Shown here in pieces: positions 17,371-26,263 of a DNA stretch of 64,000 nt; the first letter of the stretch is position 1; every line of letters begins with the position of its first letter. The notes beneath the pieces are model-generated. The model was not told where the DNA came from and made no database searches. It saw nothing but the letters and a program-made list of their open reading frames with translations. The translations under genes and the position numbers were made by a program. The stretch comes from a virus (taxonomy: Duplodnaviria > Caudoviricetes): the IMG/VR virus record IMGVR_UViG_3300032218_003260; one strand, written 5' to 3'.

Positions 17371-17746
17371 TTGGTTGTGCAAGCTTGTCCAGTTCTTCTT
17401 TTTGTTGTTTGATTTGCTCTGCGACATGCGCCGCATACTGGTCAAGCATTCTAAGCTGGCCGACAAGATCTTTGTGCACGTCGACACTGAACAGCGAAAG
17501 CCGCCGCATGAGCATGAGCAAACTTGCGGTAAACGGTGGTTCTTTGCTGCGTAAGCTCAGCAGGCCGGGCGGAGCGTTTTCCGGCTGCGATGTCCACAGG
17601 GGAACAAGCGCAAGTCCGTGTAGTTCTGGAACAGCGGCCATTACTTCGTTACAAAACTCTTCGCCGCGTCGCATAAATTCGACGTCAAACGGTAAGCGGC
17701 CAGATTGAATTTCAGATTGCTGATCAGGTTGCTGCGGCGTATCCAT
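17348..17746 (-). CDS. hypothetical protein, C-terminal coiled coil
   Basis: 132-aa ORF; AAAGGA RBS. Confidence 0.7.
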   Translation of the reverse strand: MDTPQQPDQQSEIQSGRLPFDVEFMRRGEEFCNEVMAAVPELHGLALVPLWTSQPENAPPGLLSLRSKEPPFTASLLMLMRRLSLFSVDVHKDLVGQLRMLDQYAAHVAEQIKQQKEELDKLAQPNADTTQS

Positions 17747-17759
17747 TAAACATCCTTTG

Positions 17760-18107
17760 TTACTGCGCGTAGCGCGATTCTTTTGGTAGCATGCCGTCGA
17801 TTACGTTACCGAGGCGTGTGGCTGCTAGGCTGTAGATCACTACTCGAACGGTAGTTTCGACCATACCGCCTATTCCTGTTCCTGCCAAGAGCAGCAAAAA
17901 CAAATACAGTGGCGCGTGATATGACTTGCAAAACGGGCAGTTGATCAGCTCTAGCAGTTTGCCTTTTGCCGTGTTGTAGGGCGTCACATCTTGAAGCGCC
18001 TGCGCGTAAGCTCGCGCTGTTTCAAACAAAGAACCCTTGTGCCACACCTCGATGATCGCACCAGCTGCGAGGGTGACAGTCAAAAAATCTAAAGCGCTAA
18101 TCGTCAT
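17760..18107 (-). CDS. DUF1360-like membrane protein
   Basis: Hydrophobic segments flanking LINCPFCKSYH. Confidence 0.6.
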   Translation of the reverse strand: MTISALDFLTVTLAAGAIIEVWHKGSLFETARAYAQALQDVTPYNTAKGKLLELINCPFCKSYHAPLYLFLLLLAGTGIGGMVETTVRVVIYSLAATRLGNVIDGMLPKESRYAQ

Positions 18108-18286
18108 CTGCGTTTTCGTTTGTGGGTAGTGTCTGTGGCGCCGCGCATGAAGCACGCACCACTATAGATTGCTGCGCCAGCTACTACGAGACCGGCGACG
18201 CCAATTTGCGGTATTGCGCAAATTCCGGCAAGAAGCATAAGCGTTGCGTACCCGGCGAAGGTAGCTTGCGGGTCTGGTTGTGACAT
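18104..18286 (-). CDS. small two-TM membrane protein (holin-like topology)
   Basis: Two hydrophobic helices and a basic C-terminus HKRKRR. Confidence 0.55.
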   Translation of the reverse strand: MSQPDPQATFAGYATLMLLAGICAIPQIGVAGLVVAGAAIYSGACFMRGATDTTHKRKRR

Positions 18287-18510
18287 TACGGTGCCTGACT
18301 GTCGCCGTGCGGCCACACCTGTGTTCGAGTTGTGTCCGGCGCGGCCGGGTTAAATTGATATTGCGGTAGCGGCAACGGCGCCTCAAGTTTAAGATGGTTT
18401 ACGGCGTTATCAGGGAAATAGAGCTGCGGCCCGGGGCCGCGGCGAGTGCCCTCAACGTAGTGCTGTTTTCGTTCCTGATACAGTTTTGCAGAGCGTCCGA
18501 CGTTTGCCAT
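18286..18510 (-). CDS. hypothetical protein
   Basis: GGAGG RBS; TAATG coupling to the next gene. Confidence 0.6.
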   Translation of the reverse strand: MANVGRSAKLYQERKQHYVEGTRRGPGPQLYFPDNAVNHLKLEAPLPLPQYQFNPAAPDTTRTQVWPHGDSQAP

Positions 18511-18731
18511 ATAACCTCCAAAAAGTACGCGGCCGGGTCACCGTTTAGTATACCCGGACGCGCACCCATCACTTGCGAGTCGTTTCTTTGGCGGCGGCAG
18601 CTGCAACCTGACACATGTAACCTAGTACATTTGCCAGCCCAGCAAGACCGTATATGAAAACATGCCCTGTGTATTTGAGGCTGTCTTCAACCCATTGAAA
18701 TTCTGACTCGCTACCGTTGTTATTGTGGTTC

Positions 18732-20648
18732 ATGGATAAACCTAATCAAACAGTTACTGAAGCAGTTGACATGCCTTCCGTAGGCGTGCAATCACTTCTA
18801 CAAGAATTAATCTCAATCGACGTGACGGATGTACATTCTGTTCACGCGCGAGCGGCTGTTTTGCAGCAGCTCGCCGGTCGGCATGCTTTCCCGTCACTGG
18901 AACCGATTTTACCGCTAGTTCTGAATCTTAACGGGCGCCCGTACAGCATTCAGAATCATATGCCTTTTTCCCCACTTTTCCGGCTACTGACGCCGAAAAA
19001 TCAAGTGTGGTGCACGGGGCGGCAGGTATCAAAATCGACCAGCCTAGCAGCGCACGGAGTTGTAGTTGCCAACTCTCTCCCGTTTTTTAAGACGTTATTC
19101 ATCACACCGCTGTACGAACAGATACGGCGGTTTTCGAATAACTATGTGCGTCCGTTTATCGACCAGTCTCCTGTGAAGTCGCAATGGAGCGGCACGACGA
19201 CCGAGAATTCAGTTCTGCAAAGATCTTTTAAGAACAATTCAATGATGTTGTTCAGCTTTGCGCTTTTAGATTCGGATCGTGTGCGCGGTGTTTCTGCAGA
19301 CCGTGTGTGTATCGACGAAGTTCAGGACATGGATCCTGATCACGTGCCGATCATTCAAGAAACGATGTCTTACTCCAAATGGGGGACTAGTTATTACACA
19401 GGAACGCCGAAGACGCTAGATAATTTAATTTACGGATTGTATAAACGATCATCACAAGCCGAGTGGTTTATACCGTGTCATTCATGCAAGCACTGGAGCA
19501 TCCCTTCGCTTGAATATGACTTGGACAAAATGATCGGCCCATACAGCGTGCATATCAGCGAGAAGTATCCGGGCACCGTCTGCGCTAAGTGTCAGAAACC
19601 GATCAGCCCAAGGCATGGTCGGTGGGTGCACAGATATCCCGAACGCCGCTGGCAATTTGCCGGGTATCACGTACCACAGATGATACTACCGCTTCATTTC
19701 TCCGACCCTGAAAAGTGGTCAACTCTATTGTTGAAAAGAGAAGGGTTTGGGAACATGACCCAAGCCCAGTTCTACAACGAAGTAATGGGAGAAAGCGTTG
19801 ATACCGGTCAGAAGCTCATCAGCGAAACTGATTTGAAGGCTGCGTGCGTGCTAGACTGGGAAAACAAGAAAGAACCAGACCCTAAGTGCTTTGCAAATCT
19901 CTCGAACTACAAACATCGCATCCTTGCGGTCGACTGGGGCGGCGGCGGAGAAGCAGGTATTAGTTTCACCGTGCTTGCTGTGCTGGGGTTCCGCCCGGAC
20001 GGGACCGTCGACACGCTTTGGGCCAAGCGCCTGCTTATTGGCGGCGATCATTTGGCCGAAGCTGTTGAATGTATGCGCTGGTCTAACTTGTTTAATTGCG
20101 ATTTTGTTGCTCACGATTACACGGGTGCCGGCACGGTCCGCGAAACGGTCATGGTGCAGGCAGGATTTAATCTAGAGCGAGTCTTGGCGATGCGGCTCGT
20201 TCGTTCCGCATCGCAAGATTTGATGGTGTTCAAACCACCGACAGAGATCAATCATCGGGCACACTATAGCCTCGACAAAACGCGGTCGTTGCTGTACACG
20301 TGTCAGGCGATCAAGCTGAAGCAAGTCCGTTTCTTCCAGTACGATTGGTCGTCACAGGATTCGCCGGGCTTGGTGTCGGACTTTCTTGCGTTGGTAGAAA
20401 GTAAAGCCGAGTCTAGACTAGGCGGCGATATTTATACCATTACAAGGAACACGTTGTTGACTGACGACTTCGCGCAAGCTGTTAACCTAGGCTGCGCCGC
20501 TCTTTGGCACGTGAATAACGCGTGGCCTAATTTCGCGGAGATCGCTGGCGTAGCGCGGTTAAGCGAGCGTGTTGTCAAAGCCGAGACGCCGATGGATGAC
20601 GACTGGGCGGATGACTCCATCGGGCGAAGCTACTTTGGCGGTTACTAG
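18732..20648 (+). CDS. terL: terminase large subunit (GpA-like)
   Basis: Walker A variant GRQVSKST, Walker B VCIDEVQD, TGTPKT, Zn knuckles CHSC and CAKC, nuclease ILAVDWGGG and DDFAQA; start could be 18717, 18732 or 18771. Confidence 0.9.
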   Translation: MDKPNQTVTEAVDMPSVGVQSLLQELISIDVTDVHSVHARAAVLQQLAGRHAFPSLEPILPLVLNLNGRPYSIQNHMPFSPLFRLLTPKNQVWCTGRQVSKSTSLAAHGVVVANSLPFFKTLFITPLYEQIRRFSNNYVRPFIDQSPVKSQWSGTTTENSVLQRSFKNNSMMLFSFALLDSDRVRGVSADRVCIDEVQDMDPDHVPIIQETMSYSKWGTSYYTGTPKTLDNLIYGLYKRSSQAEWFIPCHSCKHWSIPSLEYDLDKMIGPYSVHISEKYPGTVCAKCQKPISPRHGRWVHRYPERRWQFAGYHVPQMILPLHFSDPEKWSTLLLKREGFGNMTQAQFYNEVMGESVDTGQKLISETDLKAACVLDWENKKEPDPKCFANLSNYKHRILAVDWGGGGEAGISFTVLAVLGFRPDGTVDTLWAKRLLIGGDHLAEAVECMRWSNLFNCDFVAHDYTGAGTVRETVMVQAGFNLERVLAMRLVRSASQDLMVFKPPTEINHRAHYSLDKTRSLLYTCQAIKLKQVRFFQYDWSSQDSPGLVSDFLALVESKAESRLGGDIYTITRNTLLTDDFAQAVNLGCAALWHVNNAWPNFAEIAGVARLSERVVKAETPMDDDWADDSIGRSYFGGY

Positions 20649-20971
20649 AAGATACGCCAGCAATAGTCTTCGATAAATTTTTGCATCGGGCGGTGATCGC
20701 GAATCTTAGAGTTTTCGATAACGTCGATTACTTCGCGCGCCGCGTCAGCTAACGCCGCAGCAGCCGCCGTGCAATCCATAGACGAGTCGTACAACTCCCA
20801 ACCGGCGCCTGATCGCGGAATCGCCGGCTCTTTGCCGTCAAACGCGTCCGCAATCAGCCGTTGAAATACGCCGTCTGGTTCGGTGTCGAGCGCGCCAAAC
20901 TCTCGATACTTCGTTTGCATGCGCTCAAACCTACGAACCGCTTCGCGAAGTTTCTCCACCGTCAGCGTCAT
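20645..20971 (-). CDS. hypothetical protein
   Basis: Converges on terL with a 4-nt overlap. Confidence 0.65.
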   Translation of the reverse strand: MTLTVEKLREAVRRFERMQTKYREFGALDTEPDGVFQRLIADAFDGKEPAIPRSGAGWELYDSSMDCTAAAAALADAAREVIDVIENSKIRDHRPMQKFIEDYCWRIF

Positions 20972-21413
20972 TGGAGTTGTTAATAGAGTTGACAAGCTCC
21001 ATTCCTTTTTCGGTTATTGAGAAATTGAAATCGTTTTTATCGTAGTCGTATTCTGCGTCTAGAAAACCGCGCTGCACGCCGACACGCATAACGTTTGATA
21101 TAACGCGCGCACCGAGCGCACGAAACAGTCGAAGCATTTTTGTCTTGTACTCTTCGAACGAGTTGGCACCAATGCCGTACGCGCCGTCAGCCTGCACGTC
21201 AGACAGTTCACGAACAATTTGTTCGACTTCCCAGACCTCCAAAAACTGTCGCTGATATTCAAGCGAGCATTCACTTTCGGTCGGTTCTTCGTTCTGCAGC
21301 TTGGCGATAAAACCGGCGAACATCACTAGTACATGATCGCGGAGATCTTCGATCGACCCGCAAATACGCCGCGCGGGCTGTTCTTCGTTTTCGTCTTCGT
21401 AGTCTTCGAACAT
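20931..21413 (-). CDS. hypothetical protein
   Basis: Start re-called at MFEDYED (GAGG upstream). Confidence 0.65.
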   Translation of the reverse strand: MFEDYEDENEEQPARRICGSIEDLRDHVLVMFAGFIAKLQNEEPTESECSLEYQRQFLEVWEVEQIVRELSDVQADGAYGIGANSFEEYKTKMLRLFRALGARVISNVMRVGVQRGFLDAEYDYDKNDFNFSITEKGMELVNSINNSNDADGGETSRSGS

Positions 21414-21420
21414 AACTACC

Positions 21421-21735
21421 TCAAGCCATCTCTGCGGCAAGACGAGCAGTGGCGAGCGCGGCGTCGTAATTGCCGCGCGCAATCATACGCGCGTGAGCGG
21501 CGTCACGGCACTGCCCCAGATAATCGGAGTAGTCGCTGTCGGTGTTGACGAGCGCTTCCGCCGAACTGAAGCTGTGCGGCTTGTTGGTCAGCGGGTTGTC
21601 GCCGCTTTTCATGATCCGCTCGACCGCAGCCATTTTGACAGAGATGCGGTTGTCTTCCAGCTCTGCCTCGCTGCGCACAGCGTCGGCAAGAACGGCGGCG
21701 GCGTGGGTAATGTTATCAGCAAAATTCTTGGCCAT
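21421..21735 (-). CDS. hypothetical protein
   Basis: GAGGAG RBS; GDNPLTNKPHSFSSAE motif. Confidence 0.7.
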   Translation of the reverse strand: MAKNFADNITHAAAVLADAVRSEAELEDNRISVKMAAVERIMKSGDNPLTNKPHSFSSAEALVNTDSDYSDYLGQCRDAAHARMIARGNYDAALATARLAAEMA

Positions 21736-21737
21736 GA

Positions 21738-22022
21738 TCACTCCTCAATTTTTTGCCAACCATCTATGGCGCGGCGAACAGTCAATATGTCGTCAAGCGC
21801 CCGGTCTAGCATGTGTACAGCCGATTCGAGATCGTCAGCGTCGGCTAATTCAAAGATAATAAACGCAAACAAGGTATCGCCGCATTCTCGAATACTCTGT
21901 TTGCCCACACGATTGATGTAATCGTGAAATGTTTCGTCGTTATTTGGCGGATCGACTGCGAGTAGGTCTGATCCCGGATATGAATCGTAAATTGCTTTCG
22001 GAACCAGTTGGCTATTCGTCAT
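21738..22022 (-). CDS. hypothetical protein
   Basis: Start re-called at MTNSQLV; GDTLFAFIIFEL core. Confidence 0.6.
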   Translation of the reverse strand: MTNSQLVPKAIYDSYPGSDLLAVDPPNNDETFHDYINRVGKQSIRECGDTLFAFIIFELADADDLESAVHMLDRALDDILTVRRAIDGWQKIEE

Positions 22023-22266
22023 TTCTCCAGTTTTGTTTTTCTTGGCGCGTTGGCTGCCGTTTGGGATATTTCTCGGGATGACAAACCTGACAACGTGCGC
22101 GCGTGCAACCACAACTGCGCAACGTTTTACGATACCGCCCGGCTTCGCTCGCGGTTTGCGCCGCGTTTTCAACCCAACTACCAAACTCCAGCCACCCGGC
22201 ATTAATTTGTCGGTGCTGCTTTACTCGGCGTTCGATGATGTGCTTTTCGCTGTGGTAACGTTTCAT
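22012..22266 (-). CDS. small basic Cys-cluster protein
   Basis: CGCTRARCQVCHPEK. Confidence 0.65.
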   Translation of the reverse strand: MKRYHSEKHIIERRVKQHRQINAGWLEFGSWVENAAQTASEAGRYRKTLRSCGCTRARCQVCHPEKYPKRQPTRQEKQNWRNDE

Positions 22267-22268
22267 TG

Positions 22269-22721
22269 TTATTTGCCGTCTGTTTCACAGTAGATGACGA
22301 TTTTGCAACCGCACTGTTCTGCTAGTTTGACAACGTCGGGCGCATACACCGCCACGATTTGGTCGCGTTTGATCGCGCCGGCGGTGATCAGGGACTGCAA
22401 CCCAAGTTTAGCTATGCCGCGACGTCTATACGCAGGGTCGACGAAACACTCGACGGTTTGTGCGGTAATAGGCCGACCTTTGAATTTTTCTGGCCACGGG
22501 CGCGAACCGACCCAGCCGGCTAGCGTGTCGTCTATCCACACGAGTGCCAGAGCCATTTCTGGATACGGCTGCTCATGGTTGACGTGCAGATAACGCTTGC
22601 TGAGTTCTTTTTGAATTGAACTGTCGCTACCCGAGTTTGGCCACGACAGTCTTGTCATGATGGCCGTGACATCGACCAGTCCAAGCTGGTTAATGTCTTT
22701 GATTTTGATAGTAATATTCAT
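22269..22721 (-). CDS. GNAT family N-acetyltransferase
   Basis: Motif A VECFVDPAYRRRGIAK; GGAGG RBS. Confidence 0.75.
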   Translation of the reverse strand: MNITIKIKDINQLGLVDVTAIMTRLSWPNSGSDSSIQKELSKRYLHVNHEQPYPEMALALVWIDDTLAGWVGSRPWPEKFKGRPITAQTVECFVDPAYRRRGIAKLGLQSLITAGAIKRDQIVAVYAPDVVKLAEQCGCKIVIYCETDGK

Positions 22722-22756
22722 GCTGCGCCCTCCGCGACACAGCATGAAGTATACAA

Positions 22757-22829
22757 AGCCGGCGGTCGGATTCGAACCGACGACAGGCAGTTTACAAAAC
22801 TGCTACTCTACCAACTGAGTTACGCCGGC
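22757..22829 (-). tRNA. trnT: tRNA-Thr(UGU), CCA not encoded
   Basis: GCCGGCG acceptor stem, D-arm AGTTGGTAGAG, anticodon arm GCAGT-TTTGTAA-ACTGC, T-arm GGTTCGAATCC. Confidence 0.95.
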
Positions 22830-22834
22830 AAGCG

Positions 22835-23302
22835 TTAAACAGGTTCAGTGATTAAACCAGTTGGCCAGTAGTATGGCATGTCGATCGGCTCCTGCCAACC
22901 AAACCGCGAGTAGTAGCGGAAATCTTTGCGGAGAAGATTGCTGCGATGACTGGCGTGAAATTGCTCGTCGCCAACCCACGGCGGGTACACGTTGCGCTCA
23001 ATGGTGTTGCGCAGTGTTGTATAGCTGCCCATGAACTGCGGGCAGAGCGTGTCATTAAATCCGCGGCGTATCCACTCGCGGCACACGACTATGGCATACA
23101 CTGCTAGCGCTGTTTCATATCCCGCCCACATACGGACGGCAGGATGATTGCGCCAGCTACTTGTTCCGGGCTCATGTTCGCCTACCGGAACGCCAAGACA
23201 GAGTAAGATCTGTTTACATTCAACCCTTTGTTTGCCCAGCCTTTTGTTATCGAGGCAGGCGGCCGAGTGTTTAAATCTCGGCAGGGGTAAGAATGTCTGC
23301 AT
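22835..23302 (-). CDS. pyrimidine-dimer DNA glycosylase/endonuclease V-like (MSMEG_6728 family)
   Basis: MQTFLP...LDNKRLGKQRVEC.QI...HPAVRMWAGY...HASHRSNLLRKD. Confidence 0.85.
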   Translation of the reverse strand: MQTFLPLPRFKHSAACLDNKRLGKQRVECKQILLCLGVPVGEHEPGTSSWRNHPAVRMWAGYETALAVYAIVVCREWIRRGFNDTLCPQFMGSYTTLRNTIERNVYPPWVGDEQFHASHRSNLLRKDFRYYSRFGWQEPIDMPYYWPTGLITEPV

Positions 23303-23306
23303 TTAA

Positions 23307-23627
23307 TCAATTGTCAACTTCGTCGTCAAAATCTTCTTCGTATTCAGGGTCATTGTCTTCTTCGTCCTCGTACTCTTCGTCCCAGTCCTCGTCCTCATCT
23401 GCGTCAACCCATTCTTCTTCGTCATCTTCTTCTTCGTCGTCGTCGATAAATACGTAGTTCGGTTTGGGTAACTCAATGTCGCTGTTATCGTCTTCGTCGT
23501 CTTCGTCTTCGTTGTCATCGACAAACTGCCACTCTTCTTCAATGAAATCACCATCGAGGCCGTCGTCGTGACGGGTGGCGCGTTCGTTTGGAATGTCGCG
23601 AAACAATGGAGATTTAAAGTAGCGCAT
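23307..23627 (-). CDS. hyper-acidic small protein
   Basis: 55 of 106 residues are D/E (hand count); abuts both neighbours. Confidence 0.75.
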   Translation of the reverse strand: MRYFKSPLFRDIPNERATRHDDGLDGDFIEEEWQFVDDNEDEDDEDDNSDIELPKPNYVFIDDDEEEDDEEEWVDADEDEDWDEEYEDEEDNDPEYEEDFDDEVDN

Positions 23628-23629
23628 AG

Positions 23630-26263
23630 TTATCCAGTTTCCCGGGCAAGGTCAGCTGCAGGTAACAAGTATTGATCGCACCAACTGCTGTCAACAAGAA
23701 TGCCCGGCAGGTTGCGCACAGCTTCCTCTCCGCCGAAAACTCCGCGACGCGTCAATAGTTTAACAAGCCAAAGCCAGTTTGGGGCTAGCGCTTTTCTATC
23801 ATAAAAATAGCGATTGACGGCGCGCTGATTCAACCACCAATGTGTTTTTTTACGCACAATGTAGTTATTGGGTTGGCCGACTTTTCGCGCCCGGGGCAGA
23901 ACCGCGAGCGCGCCGGTTTGAATGGCATTTGTTAACTCCGCAAAAAACGACAAATCGGCCTCGTTTTGCGTGGTTAATTGTTTGCGCGCATAGTCGAGCT
24001 GGAACGCGCTGCCGTACGTTTCTTGCAGCCAGTCGTGTAGGTCGGCAAGTACGGCCAAGGCAGTTACCGAGTCCGTTAGGCTAATCCGCATTCGTTGACG
24101 CATTGCACGCTGAATGTAGCCCGGCAAGATATACGCCAGCGGGGTAAAGTCGGTTTTAGGGTCTGCGTAGCCGTTGATAGTCTGCCAACCGTACATCGGC
24201 GCGATGGCTGCGGCGGTGGGAGCCAAATGCAAAAGTACGGGGCGGTTATGACAACGCGGGATCGTCAGGCTCAGACTGGTCGCGTCGAACACGCTAGCAA
24301 CAGTTGTTGGCCACGCCAACTCTGCCGTGCGTGAGTACACCGCAGAACTGGCGGATGCGCGGTGCAGGATATCAATACGCTGGTGCGGGCAGCCAAGGAC
24401 TGGCGCAATTTGTTGTACCACGACAAAACTATCGCCGGTAAAACCAGTAGCAACTGGATCACGGCGCAGTATTGGGTCCACGAGATTGGCAATGACGGCG
24501 GCCGCAACGGTCCAGACAAAAGCATTTTCTTGACTGGGCGTTAAAAACTGCCGTATCGCCGGCGGGGCGACTGCAACAGGCTCTGGGAATACAGCGTGTT
24601 TGTTTTTTTCACTCGATTGATTTGGCGGTGACGGTGTGCCGTCTGCGGCTAGTTCGTAGTTTGCAAAACGAAACACGCTTGCGCGCTCGTCCCATCCTAG
24701 CCTGTTTGATACGCATACCAACTCTGGTTTGCTCAGGCCGATGGCCAGCAGGTGGCTTCTGCTATTCCACCGACTGTCGTACAGCATCACTTTTTTGTGG
24801 GACGCAACGACACTAGCCGCGAAGGCCAGCAGCCCGGCGCGTTCAATCTTGAAAGCGTTATCGGCAAAGTTAATTTCTTCGCCGTTGAGGTAGATCGTAC
24901 CGGCATATGTTTTTTCGCCGTCGTCGGCTTGAGTGATTTTATTGATAACAATGTTGGCGTCACAAATGTGCTGATTTGTGACGCTCCACCAACCGTCTGC
25001 TTTTGGAATGACAGTATGGCGCCACGGCTGTGATGTCGTCGGGGTAATGTGCTTAGAAGTCTTGACATGCGTCAATACCCGATCTGAAAAACCGGGAGAA
25101 AAATTACTGCCAATTTTGTTCAAAAACGGCACTAACTTGTCTGGCGGTATCGTAAGTCGCGTCGCAAACGAATGCGCCGCAATTTCATTTATCTGCCCCA
25201 GCGTGCTGCTCAGCCGGCTTTGCCATGTTTCTGCGTTGCTGCGAATCGAAACTAGCCGCGTCATGGCGTCTGTGGCGAGCCTATTTTTTACTCGTTGATT
25301 TTGCGTTACTATTGCCACGTAGCCGCGGGCATTAGCGACCCTGCTAATTAGTTCCGGCGAAATAATGTGGCTCTGGAAGATTCGCGGCACTGGCGCAAAT
25401 GAACACCAGCTGCCGCCCCAGCTGTTTGCCTCGACGCCGGTGTAGCTCGCCATTACCGGCAGCAGCGACAACCCGTGGCGTAGCATTTCACACTGCATAC
25501 TCAACGCCCACATCGGATCGTCTACTACAAACTGTGTGCTTTTTAGCGGCGCGACAGCGGGAAGAAGCGCCGCGCGCAGTAGAAAGTAACCAGCTTCTGG
25601 TCGGCTGCGTTTGTACTGGTTGAGCGAGATAAAGTTTTGTTTGGCCGTAAATTGCTCGTCGTACTGCACAATTAAGACGCCGGTTATACGCCCGGGCAGA
25701 TCGTAATACGGAAACACAAGGCTTGCGCCGTTTTCTCGTATGGGGCTAATCAGCGGCCGGCGCACGAATCGCTGGAGCGTATCTATTTGTTCTTTGTACG
25801 CCACGCCGACCAATCCGGCCGCATCTATTTCTTGATGTACGCCCAACTCGCGTAGGCGGCAGGCAATAACATCGTCGTGGTGGCCCCAGATTTGCGCTTC
25901 GGCGTCAAACCAAAACTGCTCAAATTTTTCAAAGCGTTCAATAGCTCGGGCGTATTCGGCGACGGCATTGTCTTTTTCAGCTGGGTTTATGGCGTTTAAC
26001 TCGATAAAACGGCTAATTGCCACATCGGGGCTTGTATTCCATAATGCCGCGCCAAACGTTATGATATCTCCATGGGCTGAGCACGAATTACAGTGTAGCC
26101 AGATACCGTTAGTGCTTGTGTCGTCGAATAGGTGTAGCGTATTTTTTTGACATAGCGGACAACTGACGACCGCCGGGAAAACCAACTGGTCCGGCGCAAT
26201 GCCCAGCGCCGACAGGGCAATCGCGTGGTGTTGGCGGCCAATTAAACAGGTAGGAAATCCCAT
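23630..26263 (-). CDS. primase-type Zn finger + degenerate TOPRIM/DUF927-helicase-like protein
   Basis: CPLC...CNSC..HGDII; LVFPYYDLPGRITG; NRLGWDERASVF; no intact Walker A. Confidence 0.55.
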   Translation of the reverse strand: MGFPTCLIGRQHHAIALSALGIAPDQLVFPAVVSCPLCQKNTLHLFDDTSTNGIWLHCNSCSAHGDIITFGAALWNTSPDVAISRFIELNAINPAEKDNAVAEYARAIERFEKFEQFWFDAEAQIWGHHDDVIACRLRELGVHQEIDAAGLVGVAYKEQIDTLQRFVRRPLISPIRENGASLVFPYYDLPGRITGVLIVQYDEQFTAKQNFISLNQYKRSRPEAGYFLLRAALLPAVAPLKSTQFVVDDPMWALSMQCEMLRHGLSLLPVMASYTGVEANSWGGSWCSFAPVPRIFQSHIISPELISRVANARGYVAIVTQNQRVKNRLATDAMTRLVSIRSNAETWQSRLSSTLGQINEIAAHSFATRLTIPPDKLVPFLNKIGSNFSPGFSDRVLTHVKTSKHITPTTSQPWRHTVIPKADGWWSVTNQHICDANIVINKITQADDGEKTYAGTIYLNGEEINFADNAFKIERAGLLAFAASVVASHKKVMLYDSRWNSRSHLLAIGLSKPELVCVSNRLGWDERASVFRFANYELAADGTPSPPNQSSEKNKHAVFPEPVAVAPPAIRQFLTPSQENAFVWTVAAAVIANLVDPILRRDPVATGFTGDSFVVVQQIAPVLGCPHQRIDILHRASASSAVYSRTAELAWPTTVASVFDATSLSLTIPRCHNRPVLLHLAPTAAAIAPMYGWQTINGYADPKTDFTPLAYILPGYIQRAMRQRMRISLTDSVTALAVLADLHDWLQETYGSAFQLDYARKQLTTQNEADLSFFAELTNAIQTGALAVLPRARKVGQPNNYIVRKKTHWWLNQRAVNRYFYDRKALAPNWLWLVKLLTRRGVFGGEEAVRNLPGILVDSSWCDQYLLPAADLARETG

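Noticed and set aside
18717-20648. Inactive terminase because Walker A reads RQVSKST instead of RQxGKS/T
   Set aside because: The catalytic Lys-Ser/Thr, Walker B, coupling motif and nuclease Asp residues are all present; treated as a family variant.
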